In this document: positions 40,528 to 52,384 of the stretch, one piece after another
Layout of the letters: every line of letters starts with the position of its first letter
Position numbering within the stretch: position 1 is the first letter of the stretch
Assembly (NCBI RefSeq): GCF_006345805.1
Contig: NC_043001.1
Span: forward strand, 24,862,001-24,926,000
Source of the DNA: Octopus sinensis
Lineage: Eukaryota
DNA length: 64,000 bases
Direction: 5' to 3'
Notes under the pieces: model-generated
What the model was told of the DNA's origin: nothing
Database searches by the model: none
Seen by the model: the letters and a program-made list of their open reading frames with translations, nothing else
Program-made: the position numbers and the translations under genes

Positions 40528-40943
40528 GATATAACTGTAGAATCCATGCCAAAGCAGGCATTAGAGCACAACAGAGTCCTTAGACCAATCAAATCTTGTC
40601 AAACCTTCTAACCCATGCCAACATGGAACATGAACATTAAACCTTATTATGTAAATATCTGAAAATGTATATCAGTCATAACAGTCATAGGCATGGATTT
40701 ATATTAATTATCAGGATAAAATATGTCTAATTAAGTCAGAGTTAGCATATTTAAAGTAGGGAGTTTTAATAAGCTAACTAGATATAATTTTGCCTTGAGT
40801 AAAAACAAGATTAGTCAATGATTCTGGCCTTAACTTTGAAAAAGAAACTTGTGCTTACTGTGTCTTTGTGTAAGGACACTAAAATTAAGCAAATGCACAA
40901 TATTTTATGATTGGTTGATGTAAGGAAAAATAATTGTTTAGAG

Positions 40944-41336
40944 TAGAAGTTCTCAACCAGGGTCCACATGACCCCTGAGGATCTATATAAGATTTTCTGG
41001 GGGTCCAAGCAGGCAAAATAGGAAATTGTGGATCTGTGATAGTATTTTAGGGGTCCATGAAAATTTTTTGTTTCAAGTGTATTTATCGCAAGAAATGGGG
41101 CTTCTTTCTCTCACATTTTACATAGTTCAACATGTTTCCAGCAGCTGAAACATGTTCTCTCAGAGAGTTCTGTTGCAAACTTACACAAGTGGATGGATGA
41201 AAAACAAAATAGGAATTTTGAAAGCAATATCTGTAAAACAAGATTTTAAACATTGAAACAGCTTTGGGGGTCCTCCAAAGTAAAATGGTAACCAAAGGGG
41301 CCCAAAGGTAAAAAAAAAAATGGTTCAGAATCCCTG
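40944..41336. mobile_element. hAT MITE
   Basis: Termini tagaagttctcaacc / ggttcagaatccctg; 8-bp TSD gtttagag (40936-40943) and gttttgag (41337-41344), 7 of 8 identical. Confidence 0.75.
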
Positions 41337-41498
41337 GTTTTGAGAATCAATTATTTTGATCTTAGCTACTTCAGCTGAATGTAAATATTTACCTTTCCTC
41401 TAACTTTTCATGTGATATTCATATCAGATGAACATTTGACCTCTACAACTGGATATTTTCAAAACAATAATTGATTTATGTCAATATTTAATTACTAT

Positions 41499-41642
41499 TT
41501 CTGAGCTCAAATTCCGCCGAGGTCAACTTTGCCTTTCATTCTTTCAGGGTTGATAAATTAAGTACCAGGTGCATACTGAGGTTGATCTAATCGACTGGCC
41601 CTCTCCCACAAAATTTCGGGTCTTGTGCCTAGAGTAGAAAAG
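41499..41642 (+). mobile_element. 5'-truncated SINE A2 with 16-bp TSD
   Basis: aatatttaattactat occurs at 41483-41498 and 41643-41658. Confidence 0.9.
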
Positions 41643-42366
41643 AATATTTAATTACTATGATATTCTGATTTGACATGACGTAGAATAAAATGACTATAGT
41701 CTTTCATTTTAAAACACTTTAAAATTTCTCAACCTCTAAATCTACTTGCTTGCCTTCCATCACTTTTATTCTACTTCTTCCAATCAAATACAAATTTCTA
41801 ATCCTGCCATACATTATGAAGAAATGATTATCTTCTCTGTAATAACTACCCACTAAGTAATGACATGTATCTCTTGCCTCTTGTACCATACCTACAACTC
41901 TGCCCTGTCACCATATTACTATCTGGCATATAAATGAATACCTACACTCACCAATCTCCAAACACATCATTATCATTGTCTGTAGCTTTCAGGTTATCAC
42001 TATAAGTATCAGTTATAGTTAAATAACCATAGTTATATATTTTTATCTGTTTTCACTGATACATGATTGCGGACAGAATGTTGTGTGAAAACTTTTCATT
42101 GCAGAAACATTTTTTAACTTCCAAATCCTCATTTGCCGGAATTACTAGTTTAATTTATGTATTTCTATGTATTTTTCATATCTATGTTGAATGAGTGTTG
42201 AGTTTCTTCCCTTAAACACGTATGTCTGTATGTTGACACTCATAAATGAGATGAAATTCTCAAAACCCTTTGGAGGTGTCATGCGCAGAGAGTTGACCTA
42301 AGAGACATGAAGGTTAAATGTAAATGGAACCTTGTTTAGTAAATTTGGTAATATCATTGGGTAGAA

Positions 42367-42746
42367 TCTCTATATATATAAACGGCAAAATGTCTGTCTG
42401 TCTGTGTGTGTGTGTGTGTGTCCTTTATACAAATCCACAATTTTTCAGTTAGAGGGCTCGCACTTTCTATGGTCATTCAAAACCATCCAAGGGTGGTCGT
42501 GCTCATCTTTACATTTCCCCAGTCACCCCACAAAGCCATTAAAAAATCAATTGAAGTGACTTTTCTGTGAATTTTCTATCCAAAACCCAATCAAAATGCC
42601 CGAAACTTGATACGCCAATTGAATGCCAGCTAGCTGTTTGTGATTGGTCGGAGATTTGGACAGTACTCGCGTGTATGTGCGCATGCACGCAGCTGTATAT
42701 GCATGCACTAGCACTATGACCCGGCGTTGCTGGGTCATAGTGCTAG
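42367..42746 (+). mobile_element. Non-autonomous Helitron
   Basis: 5' TC and 3' CTAG, inserted between A and T with no TSD, a GC-rich 3' hairpin, and a (GTCT)n/(GT)n tract near the 5' end. Confidence 0.8.
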
Positions 42747-43616
42747 TCATTTATATAGGAACAGTATATGAGTATTAAAGTGGCAATAAATAATTAATGC
42801 AGTAACAGATCACAGTTCAATTTCTTGAAGTGATTGGGCAAATGTTGAGATAAACCCTAGTGATCCATCTTAGTACTTACTTCCAGTAGAATTGTCAAAT
42901 GAAGCTAAAAAGTCGGTCAGCTTTCCCTGATGAAAAAATGTGTGTGTGTGTGTGTGAGTGAGAGAGAGAGAGATCCAGTTGTTGTTCTTTAGATCCAGAT
43001 CATCCTTGATTAGCAGATCTATGATAAAGGATGTGACTGTGACTATGTCACTAATATCATTTTATTTTACATATTGGAGACTTCATTATCCAATGTGTCC
43101 TCTCTTTTCTCTAAAACAATAGGAAGTGATGTGAGGGTTGTTTTACTGCTATCTCTTGTAGGGTGAGCAACTGCTTAGGCGACTCTCAGTCATTTATGTT
43201 TTGACATGGTCCAAACTAAGGATCTCTGAGGAAAGAAAAAAAACTGTCAATCTGTAAGTGGTGATCATTCCAAATACTTTCTAGTTTTTGTTTAGTCCTA
43301 AGCCAGACCTCATTGCAGAAGCCTATAGTCAAAGTATCCTGTTGTTTGGCTGGAAAATTACTCACTAGAACACTCTTCAGCTTAGAAAATTTGGAAAGTT
43401 GTCACATCATAACATATAACTATGCAAATGTGCATACAGACATGTCATTATGTATGGTATGTGTGCATACATACCGCTCTCTCACTCTCTTTCTGTCTTT
43501 CTCCCTGTATACACACACACACATATATATATATATGATATGGGGGAATATTATTCCAAACTTACAGGGAAAAATTCAATTTAGAAATACTAAATCAAAT
43601 TTCACAAAATATAATA

Positions 43617-43880
43617 TATATATAAATTTGAAAAAGAACCACCTTTTATCAATTCAATAATGAAAAATTAAATTATGCCATTTAGAAAAATTACATAACA
43701 TGTGTCGTTATTCTACCAAATATATACGTTTTATTTACTTTTTTGCTCATTAATTAATCATTGTTATATGTTTTACCTTATATTTAATCTTTCTATAATA
43801 TGTAATTTTTCTAAATGGTATAATTTAATATTTCATTATTGAATTGATAAAAGGTGGTTCTTTTTCTAATTTATATATAT
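43617..43880. repeat. About 80-bp inverted repeat (43617-43697 / 43799-43880) within a larger AT-rich element (about 43535-43950)
   Basis: gaaaaagaaccaccttttatcaattcaataatgaaa... is present in both orientations, about 3 mismatches. Confidence 0.85.
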
Positions 43881-44339
43881 ATACACACACATTATATTAT
43901 TTATTTATTTAATTGAATGTGGCGCATCCATTCCCAAGTAAGTTTATATATATATATATACATGATAGATAGATAGATAAATAGATGCATATATATAATG
44001 TATGTGTGTGTATAATGGGGAATGATCTTTTGCTGCTTTATATCCTGATGTCTTTTTTGTCCTTTGGGATAAAAGTTTTAGTGGGTAAATACCCCACATT
44101 TTACTACATTAGAAACTGTGGGTATTTATTATCTCTTTCCCTTCTATTGTCATGGATTGTCCAATTCAGCATCACTTGCTGATTCCCCTGTTACTTCTAT
44201 TTTGAGGATAAAATAATTTCTCGAACTTTTCAAGCCATCTAAAAAAAATGCAAGTAATGTTTGTGTAACTGTGACATACCCAGCTACTTGTTTCAGCTGA
44301 TTAGTAAAATAGAATAAAGTTCCTTTCCAAATCATATAG

Positions 44340-44540
44340 AACTGGTTTCCATGGTGTATATATATCTCCCACCTGGATAGGACACCAGGGTTACTCATTT
44401 TTGCCAGCTGAGTGGACTGGAGCAGTGTGAAATGAAGTGTTTTGCTCAAGAACACAACACATCGCCCTGTCCAGGAATCAAAACCACAATCTTATGATCA
44501 TGATGCTGACACCCTAACCACTAAGCCATGTGCATCCACG
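44340..44540 (-). mobile_element. SINE D
   Basis: Reverse complement of the 38611 head and central block. Confidence 0.85.
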
Positions 44541-44564
44541 TGTCAACTGATTAAATAGCTTTAA

Positions 44565-44783
44565 CCCTTTAGCATTTAAACCAGCCATATCCAGCCAAAA
44601 TAGTTAATCTGTTTTATGTTCAAACTGACCAGATCCAGGTTCTCACACCTACCCTACAATGTTATTCTACATTAAGTAATTACACCATCAAGATCTTGAA
44701 GATATGAGATAATGCATGATTAATTCAAATAAATGGGAATCAATAGGCATTATGTTTGATAGAATAATCTGAACACTAAAGGG
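44565..44783. mobile_element. piggyBac-like MITE, family P2
   Basis: ttaa-ccctttag ... ctaaaggg-ttag. Confidence 0.7.
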
Positions 44784-45165
44784 TTAGTACTTTTGCTGGT
44801 TAATGCTTGAAAAAGTGACAAGTGGTGCTATATGTGTTTCACACGGCATCTTTTTATTTTGTTGGATGGAGCTGTTATGATTTTGAAGTTGATAGTACAA
44901 GTCTTAATGATTCAACAACAATGTAGTTCTTTATCGACTCTTTCTGTTTTTTTTTATAATCTTCACTCCAGTCTCTAATGATGTAATGAATAACAGTACT
45001 GAATATTTTTTTTTAAATAACTGTACTTTCAAAAATGACAAACGGTATGATGTAACATAAGCAAAGTTTCCAGAACACAAAAATACACCAAATGCAGCTG
45101 CCGGACTGCTTTTTGTACGTGTTAATGAAAACAAGGTGATTCTCTATACATAGTTTCAGATTTAA

Positions 45166-45386
45166 CCCTTTCGTTACTGTATTTATTTTGGGATGCTCTG
45201 TGTCTCTTTCAATTACTTTAAATATGACAAAGAATTTAGTAAAATAACTTAGTTATCATTAAGCAAGTGTTAGGAACATAAACTGTGACTAAGGTTTGGT
45301 GGAAGATTTTAATTCAAAACTTTTGAAAACAAGACATTTGTACCACAGAGCAAGAGCCGGTTTCAGCTGGGTTGGTATCAAAAGGG
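45166..45386. mobile_element. piggyBac-like MITE, family P1
   Basis: TTAA TSD on both sides (45162-45165 and 45387-45390); cccttt / aaaggg termini. Confidence 0.8.
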
Positions 45387-45519
45387 TTAAACAAGAAATT
45401 TCAGGATAATGAATAAATGAAAATCATTTTCCCACCTCTAATATTAGCTATTAAATTACAATGGAGGGAATGACAAATAACTGAGAGCTTTGGCGTTAAG
45501 CTGTACATGAGAAGACTCA

Positions 45520-45822
45520 TCAGTCATGGCTGTTGCCAGTGTCATGTAAGTGGTACCCATGGAAACTGTAGTCATGTAAATGGCACCTGTAGAATTGTAA
45601 TCATAGCCATTACCAGTATCATGTAAATAGCACCCATGCTGGTGGCAAATAAAAAGCACCCACTACACTCTCAGAGTGGTTGGCATTATGAAGAGCATCC
45701 AGCTGTAGAAAGAATACCAAATCAGCTCTCTAGTTTTTCAGTTCCAGTCAAACTGCCTGACCCATGACAGCATGGAAAGTGGACGTTAAATGAGGATAAT
45801 GATGATGATGATGATGATGATG
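45520..45822 (+). mobile_element. Degenerate RTE-type 3'-end element (label C)
   Basis: aaaaagcacccactacactctcagagtggttggcattatgaagagcatccagctgtagaa ... catggaaagtggacgttaaa-(gat)n. Confidence 0.75.
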
Positions 45823-47868
45823 TTAAGCTTTGTTATAACAGTTTCATTTACTAAGGGGGCATAAAATAAGATATTGCTATGTGTATGTGTGCATTATATA
45901 TATGTGTGTAATATATATGTGTATATATGTAATATATGTATGAATGTATGTAATATATATGTGTGTGTATGTGTATATATATATATGTATGTATGTATAT
46001 GAATATATATATATATATAGATAGATAGATAGATACAGATATAATTGAAAAAATTGGAGTCAACAAGAAGGGGTATGGTTGGACATTTATTTTTTAATCA
46101 CTACAATTTTTTGCATGCAACATAGTTCTCCAGAGGTATAGGTACTTGATTATGCAATTGTTTCCCTGCATTATGAGATCTAGTTGTGTTTCCTCGGGCG
46201 ATATGTAAATACTGTCTCTCTGAGTTTAAAATCCTCGGCTTCAAGAACAACCCCTCTGTCTGTCATGGTCTGAATTTACTAGTAGTCACTCAGCTTATCA
46301 TGGTATGTTGTTGTTGAAGGGCTGTTGGTAGATGCCCAAATGCACACCTGGACTGCAGAGTTTATGCTTACCAAATTCTGTTTATAAAGCATTGTTCAAC
46401 TAAAGAATACAGTTGAAGATATTTGCCCAAGGTTCCTTGCAGTGTGGCCAAGTCTGGATCTATATGGTTGCATGCAAACTTCTCGACTATGTAGATCTGC
46501 CTGCAATTACATCATGGAAGACTCATTTTTAACCATTCAAAAACACAGAAACTGTGTGCTGTAGACAGCAAGAACCAGAAACATCTTTTATTTGCCACAA
46601 ATTTTCTGGAGAAATGATTTGTGGGATACCATTCTGCAGTAGACACAGTTCATTTTCAGTTGAGTAACACATCATTCTAGCCAGTCCAGGAAATGATCCT
46701 TACAATCATAAAGCCTAACCAGTTCGTTATACACTTGCATATTTAACTAAGCTTTAATGTTTTGTAGGTAACAGCTATTTTTACACTTATTTATGCAGTT
46801 TATCCTTTCATTATCATATGCAGAGATGTATATTTTCATATCTTCAGTAGAAAAACAGCTCAATAGAGAAAACATCTTTTGTTGATCAAGTCAGGATATC
46901 AGTGAATAAATTTACGTTTTTGAAATAATTGGCCATCTTATTCAAATATAGGTAATCTGTTATAATAAAAGTGCTTACCAGTTAATAGTTGGAAATTCTC
47001 AAAAGTATCTGAAAGAATTCAACGAACATGGACGTTAAATGATGATGATGATGATGATGATATCTTTTGTTCAAAATTGCAAAAGCAATGTTATACTTCT
47101 CCATGCATTCTATAATGAACCAATGTATCTTATAATTGTTCAAATCTTTTTCATATAATCAATTCAAAATTGCTTTAAAAAAACAATATTTTGTTAACAA
47201 ACTTAAATATATCTCTTACTAGTTAATCTAGATAATATAGAAAGATGAATTTGAAATGATGAAATAAGCATTAAATATATTGTTTTCAATGAATTTTCAC
47301 TTTGTAAAATTTTACTTTCTTCTCTTTACATATTTTCATTTATAAAATAGTTTTCTCATAACAAATTTAGAAGTAGTTTTTTTTATTTCATTTATATCAA
47401 CTTTGAAAATTAACACATTTGAAAATATTTTTATGAATGTTGACGAATATGTTAATGTTTTATCTTCTTTTTATTTAAGTATGTTTAGATCCTCGCCAAA
47501 AAAGACTAGAAGCTTTAAGTAAAGACAGTAAGCGTTTTACATTCTTGGAATAAATAAACACCTCATACTAATAAGGTATCAACAACAACAAGAACAGCAG
47601 AATAAATAACTAGAGCTACTGTAACCTTGCACATACATGTCATTTAATATATAATTATACTAGAGTTTTTTATAAAGTGTTAATCAACTAAACATTGTGA
47701 CAATAATTCACTTTTGTTTCTTGAGTAAGCAGAGCCAATTTTTCTGTGTTCTTCAAATTATTTCATATTAACAGCAGCAAGGATAAAAGAATCAAGCACT
47801 GTGGAGATTCTCAACTTATTCCCTAAATAATTACTGAGAATTATTGAAGCTATTCTTCCCCACCCGCG

Positions 47869-48013
47869 TCATTCATAATATGATATCCAGTCAACTTCAG
47901 TAGTTTTATTAAATTCATCACCTCCAAATACTTGAATAGAATACAATTTGATATTGCAGTTATAACCTGTTTTATTAGAGATTGTATGATACGACGCAGT
48001 GTCATTGAATAAT
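47869..48013 (-). CDS. Candidate terminal coding exon (unverified)
   Basis: Acceptor ttccataag; reads LFNDTASYHTISNKTGYNCNIKLYSIQVFGGDEFNKTTEVDWISYYE*, with three N-x-T sequons. A second frame is also open. Confidence 0.25.
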
Positions 48014-49119
48014 CTTATGGAATATTAAGATATCTTATATTGTTAAGTTAAGAAGAGAGTCAACTGAATCTAGGTACATATCAATATGTACCTAGATATT
48101 CTAGGATCAATATTCTAGGTACATATTAATCCTAGAATGATAAAAATGTAGTCCAACTTAGGTAAATTTCAAATTCAGAATGGAGAAGAACATAGATATC
48201 ACATGACATACCACAAGCCTGGCTGTCTAGCATTTCTACCATTCCGGCACCTCTATAGAATATTAAGATATGATAACGTGTTTATGCATATAAAGGATCC
48301 CTATTTTATTCATTTAATAAATAGTAATGCATTGTTTCATCTTCTATGATAGAATCAGTTATTGCTTTTTGCTTTTGTATCAGACTTGTTTAGTGGGGTG
48401 TGTTTAATCAAGAAATAGTTATATTTGTTCAAGTTGTAACGATTTAGTTTCCTAAAATAATCTTTCTAAACAAGTGAAATATTTCAACTTTTTTTCGGTT
48501 AACAAATAGGTTTGTTCTTTTTTCTTTATTGAAGGTCTTTTTTTTTTACATTTCCAACAAACAGGAAGCCTTTTTTTTTTCCTTCTTTAGTTAGTTTAGG
48601 AATTTTTCTGTTCATTTAGTCTTTCATTTCCTTACCTTGACACATACATCCACCTGTTCTTAAGGAGCTGAAATATTGCCAACCCATTATAATTCCACCT
48701 TACAGATTCAAGCTTTGGTTAATCACTTGTTGATCTTTTGTTAAAATATAAGGAATCAGTTTTGAGTTGTTATTTCATTACAAAAACTTCTCTCTGAAAG
48801 TATAAGCTGTCAGATTTTGGCCAAAGTATAATGAAAACGTTTTCTATGTATTTAAATCTACTTGCTTCTTTTCTCTGTAAAATAAATTCTTGTTCATTAC
48901 TAATTTCAACACTTGAAAAACAAACATTAACTACACTAACATCACAAAATTTTCCTTACTTCTAATCCAGTATACAATCTACAAACTGAGTCTTTCTTCC
49001 TTGATTACTAATTCACAAAAGTCTAGTTTACAGGAAATTAGATATCAGTTTTTGAATATACAATCATCAGTGTCCCATTCATAGGCACAAGTGACTGTCA
49101 TCTACCTAATACTATGAAT

Positions 49120-49395
49120 TAAAGTGGTGAGCTGATAGAATAATTAGCACATCAGACAAAATGCTTAGCATAATTTCTTCTGGCATTTTACATTCTGAGT
49201 TCAAATCTTGCTACGGTCAACTTGCCTTTCACCCCTTCAGGGTGGATAAAATGAAGTACCAATCAAATACTGAGGTTAATGTAATTAACTTGTCCTCTAG
49301 CCTGGCCTTAAACTCAGCAATGGACCAGCATCCCATTCAGGGGGAATGCTGTTACCTTAGTCACTTATATGCCATGTAAACCAGGTAACCAGACT
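49120..49395 (+). mobile_element. Degenerate SINE: A head and body followed by a D-like 3' segment
   Basis: A block at 49120-49298, then gcaatggaccagcatcccattcaggggg resembling the D motif. Confidence 0.6.
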
Positions 49396-50149
49396 TTTGA
49401 AAAAAATAAAAAAATTTTTTAAATGCTGTGAGTTGACGCTGTAATTCATTCAGTTTTAGAAAATTTTTGCTGGGACAGACGTTAAATATTTTAATGCAAT
49501 ACCAGAAATAATAATCAATGCAAAAGTGAAAATTCTTTAAATTTTACCAAACTAAAAATGACCAACCAGTTCTATTTACTAAAACAGGATTTTGGTCTGG
49601 TTGTAGAATGGTACCAATAATTTTTGGTTTTGTTTTGTTTTGTGCATTTTTTTCCATAGCTAGTTTAACTTTGTAAAAGGGAATGAAATGGGAGCAATAC
49701 TTGTTAAATTCTAGTTGGGCATGACTAAGTCTTGATGCTAGTGTATAATTGACTGTTCTTTTATGACACTAGTTTTTGTTGCTTAGTACCAGGTCAGCTA
49801 TGTTGAGCAGACCTATGATCAATAAGTCTGATCAATTTCAGCCATGGTAATCAATTTGTTTCTTTTTAAGATAATAAGTAAGGTGTGATTTGAAAGGAAA
49901 ACAGCAATGTAAATGCTTCCCTTTTGTTTTATTATGATACCCTCTTACTTACTTAGGGTGGAAGGAAACACATCATTTCACCCAGTTTAATACCACTTCC
50001 TGATCCATTGATACCCTCAGTTGCAAATATTCAGCTGGCAGGAGAATTATCATGACCCTAACAGAATACTGACACTAGCTACATAGGTTACCTAAAATTA
50101 ACCCTTTACTAATATTTATTGACTCCAGTTCAACTTAGACCCCATACAA

Positions 50150-50705
50150 TCCATACCAACTATTTTGCAAAAATCTCTTTCCCCTTACCTCTGCTAGCCA
50201 TGTTATTCTCTATAATAAAACTTTACCCTCAAAGATGATGTCTGCACATATGTTGATTCCCCTCCCCCAACCATTTTCCTTGAATACAAACAATAAAGAC
50301 TTCCAGTTACTCTGAGTCACACTCTGCCTCCGCACTCCTCTAAATATATCTGCTGATCTTATCTGTCTCCAAACTCTTCCAACTACCAACTACTTTTTAC
50401 TATCTGAGTTCAAATCTTGCTAAGGTCAACTTTGCCTTTCATCCCTTCAGGAATCTTGCATGAAAGACATCTATCTTACTCTCAAATCTATAATGTCTCA
50501 TGCCAGTCCCAACTCTCTTGTCCTCTCCATGCCCTCATTGTGTGCACTACCTCCTAAACCCTATACTAATTACTATGCATTGCTCCTCTTTCCAAGAACA
50601 TTGGGCCTCTGAAGTGCTTTATCTGAAGAAATTTTTCCTGCAGCCATCAACTTGCAAATGTTCAAGAGTAATGTTAACTTCATTGACCTCACAGCTTTAG
50701 GAAGT
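50150..50705 (+). mobile_element. CR1/L2-like LINE ORF2 C-terminal fragment
   Basis: Translates to YTNYYALLLFPRTLGL*SALSEEIFPAAINLQMFKSNVNFIDL, resembling the Y..SFFPRT..LWN.LP..VFP...L..FK..VN terminus; a SINE A piece lies at about 50400-50450. Confidence 0.6.
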
Positions 50706-52153
50706 TTTGCAAGGCTCATGGGTTATAGAAGAGGCTGTACCTCTTCCTATACACAAATCCACTTTAAAAAAAGCAGCAGCTAAACTTTTAAGTGTCAGTT
50801 AAAAATATAAGTTTTGTTGAAAGTAAACTTTTAGCAACAACTTATCAAAAATTTCATGACAATCTCATCTGCTAAGCACAAAATTTTGTCATAGATTATG
50901 GTAAAATATTTACAAACTAGCAAACATGGCACCCACAAGTCAGCAAATTTCCTGATTTATTGCTATCTGGGTGCCATCTTTATCAATTTCTAATAATTTT
51001 CTACTTACCAGTTGAGATTACCTTTCAATTGGATTTACTTTTTAACTAACTCCAATTTAAATAATTTACTAAAGTTTTTAGTCTGTCCTATTTTTGTAAT
51101 TCATATCTTTTGCTTGGATATTCTTTATCGTTTGTTTGTTGTTGACTTTGAGTGTTTGTGTTTTTTTTTTCTATACTTTTTTTTTCATTTCAAAGAGATT
51201 GCGGAGGCCATTGTGAAATAGTACAAACAGATAAAAAACATTTGTTATTTTTGCTGTGAAATTTCTAACTTACTCTATTCTAAGCTTCAGTTAATTCTAA
51301 CACTACAATCTGTATAACATTCATATTTCTTTGAAACATGAGCATTACATCATTTATCATTCATATTTGCTTCATTTCTTGTCAGTTGAGTATACTGATT
51401 CCTTATCATCGCCTTTCCTCATAGAAAAGGGTTAATATCAAATTTAGGGAAATTTGCTTTTATATAACTGGCTTAGTATTATTGAACAGGTGAAAAAAGT
51501 TTGGATCTCTTAGAAATATATCTCTTCTAACATAATTACTATCATAAATGTCAATGGTCTAATTTTATCTAACTAATTCTAATTAGCTATTTTTTTGATT
51601 ACTAAAATTTATGGATGAACAAAGAAATGCTTTTTATTGTTGCTACTGCTGCATCTTAATATACTTTATAAGCCAATTCCATTTTCTATAATTACCAAGT
51701 GTTTGATATACCAATCGTGTACTTGGTAAAGGGAACCATAACTGTAAATGCAATAACCAGATAACATTTCATTTTTAGTTTACTTTTAATGAATTCATTG
51801 CAGTGAGCAGGAACTTATTGTTCTCTGTATCTTTTTCAAATTGATTTTTTTAAACACTGAATTTTTTTACTAGTTTCAATCTTCTTTAACTGCAGCCTTG
51901 CAAAGACTGTAATCAATTACTTCAACCCCAGTACATTATCTGGTATTTATTTAATCAATTACTATTTACTAAAGAGCTAAAGAGTTGCAAGCCATATTGG
52001 ATAGATACCACCAGATATTTTTGTTGCCACAAATATTTATCAACAATCCCTTGCTCTTTCTCTCTCTCTCACACACACACACACATATATATATTACATG
52101 TGTGTGTGTATATATATATATATATAATATATGTATGAGTGTGTGTGTATATA

Positions 52154-52237
<84 letters not shown>

Positions 52238-52238
<1 letters not shown>

Positions 52239-52274
52239 TTTATTCAAAAGCAGCACTGCTGCTTTTGAATAAAG
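52238..52274. repeat. Perfect 18-bp palindrome with 1-nt centre
   Basis: ctttattcaaaagcagca-c-tgctgcttttgaataaag. Confidence 0.95.
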
Positions 52275-52344
52275 CATATTACTCTACCACTGGTATTTGA
52301 GTACTCTTTTTTCCACCTTGTTTCACATTTATGTGTTTACTCCG

Positions 52345-52384
<40 letters not shown>

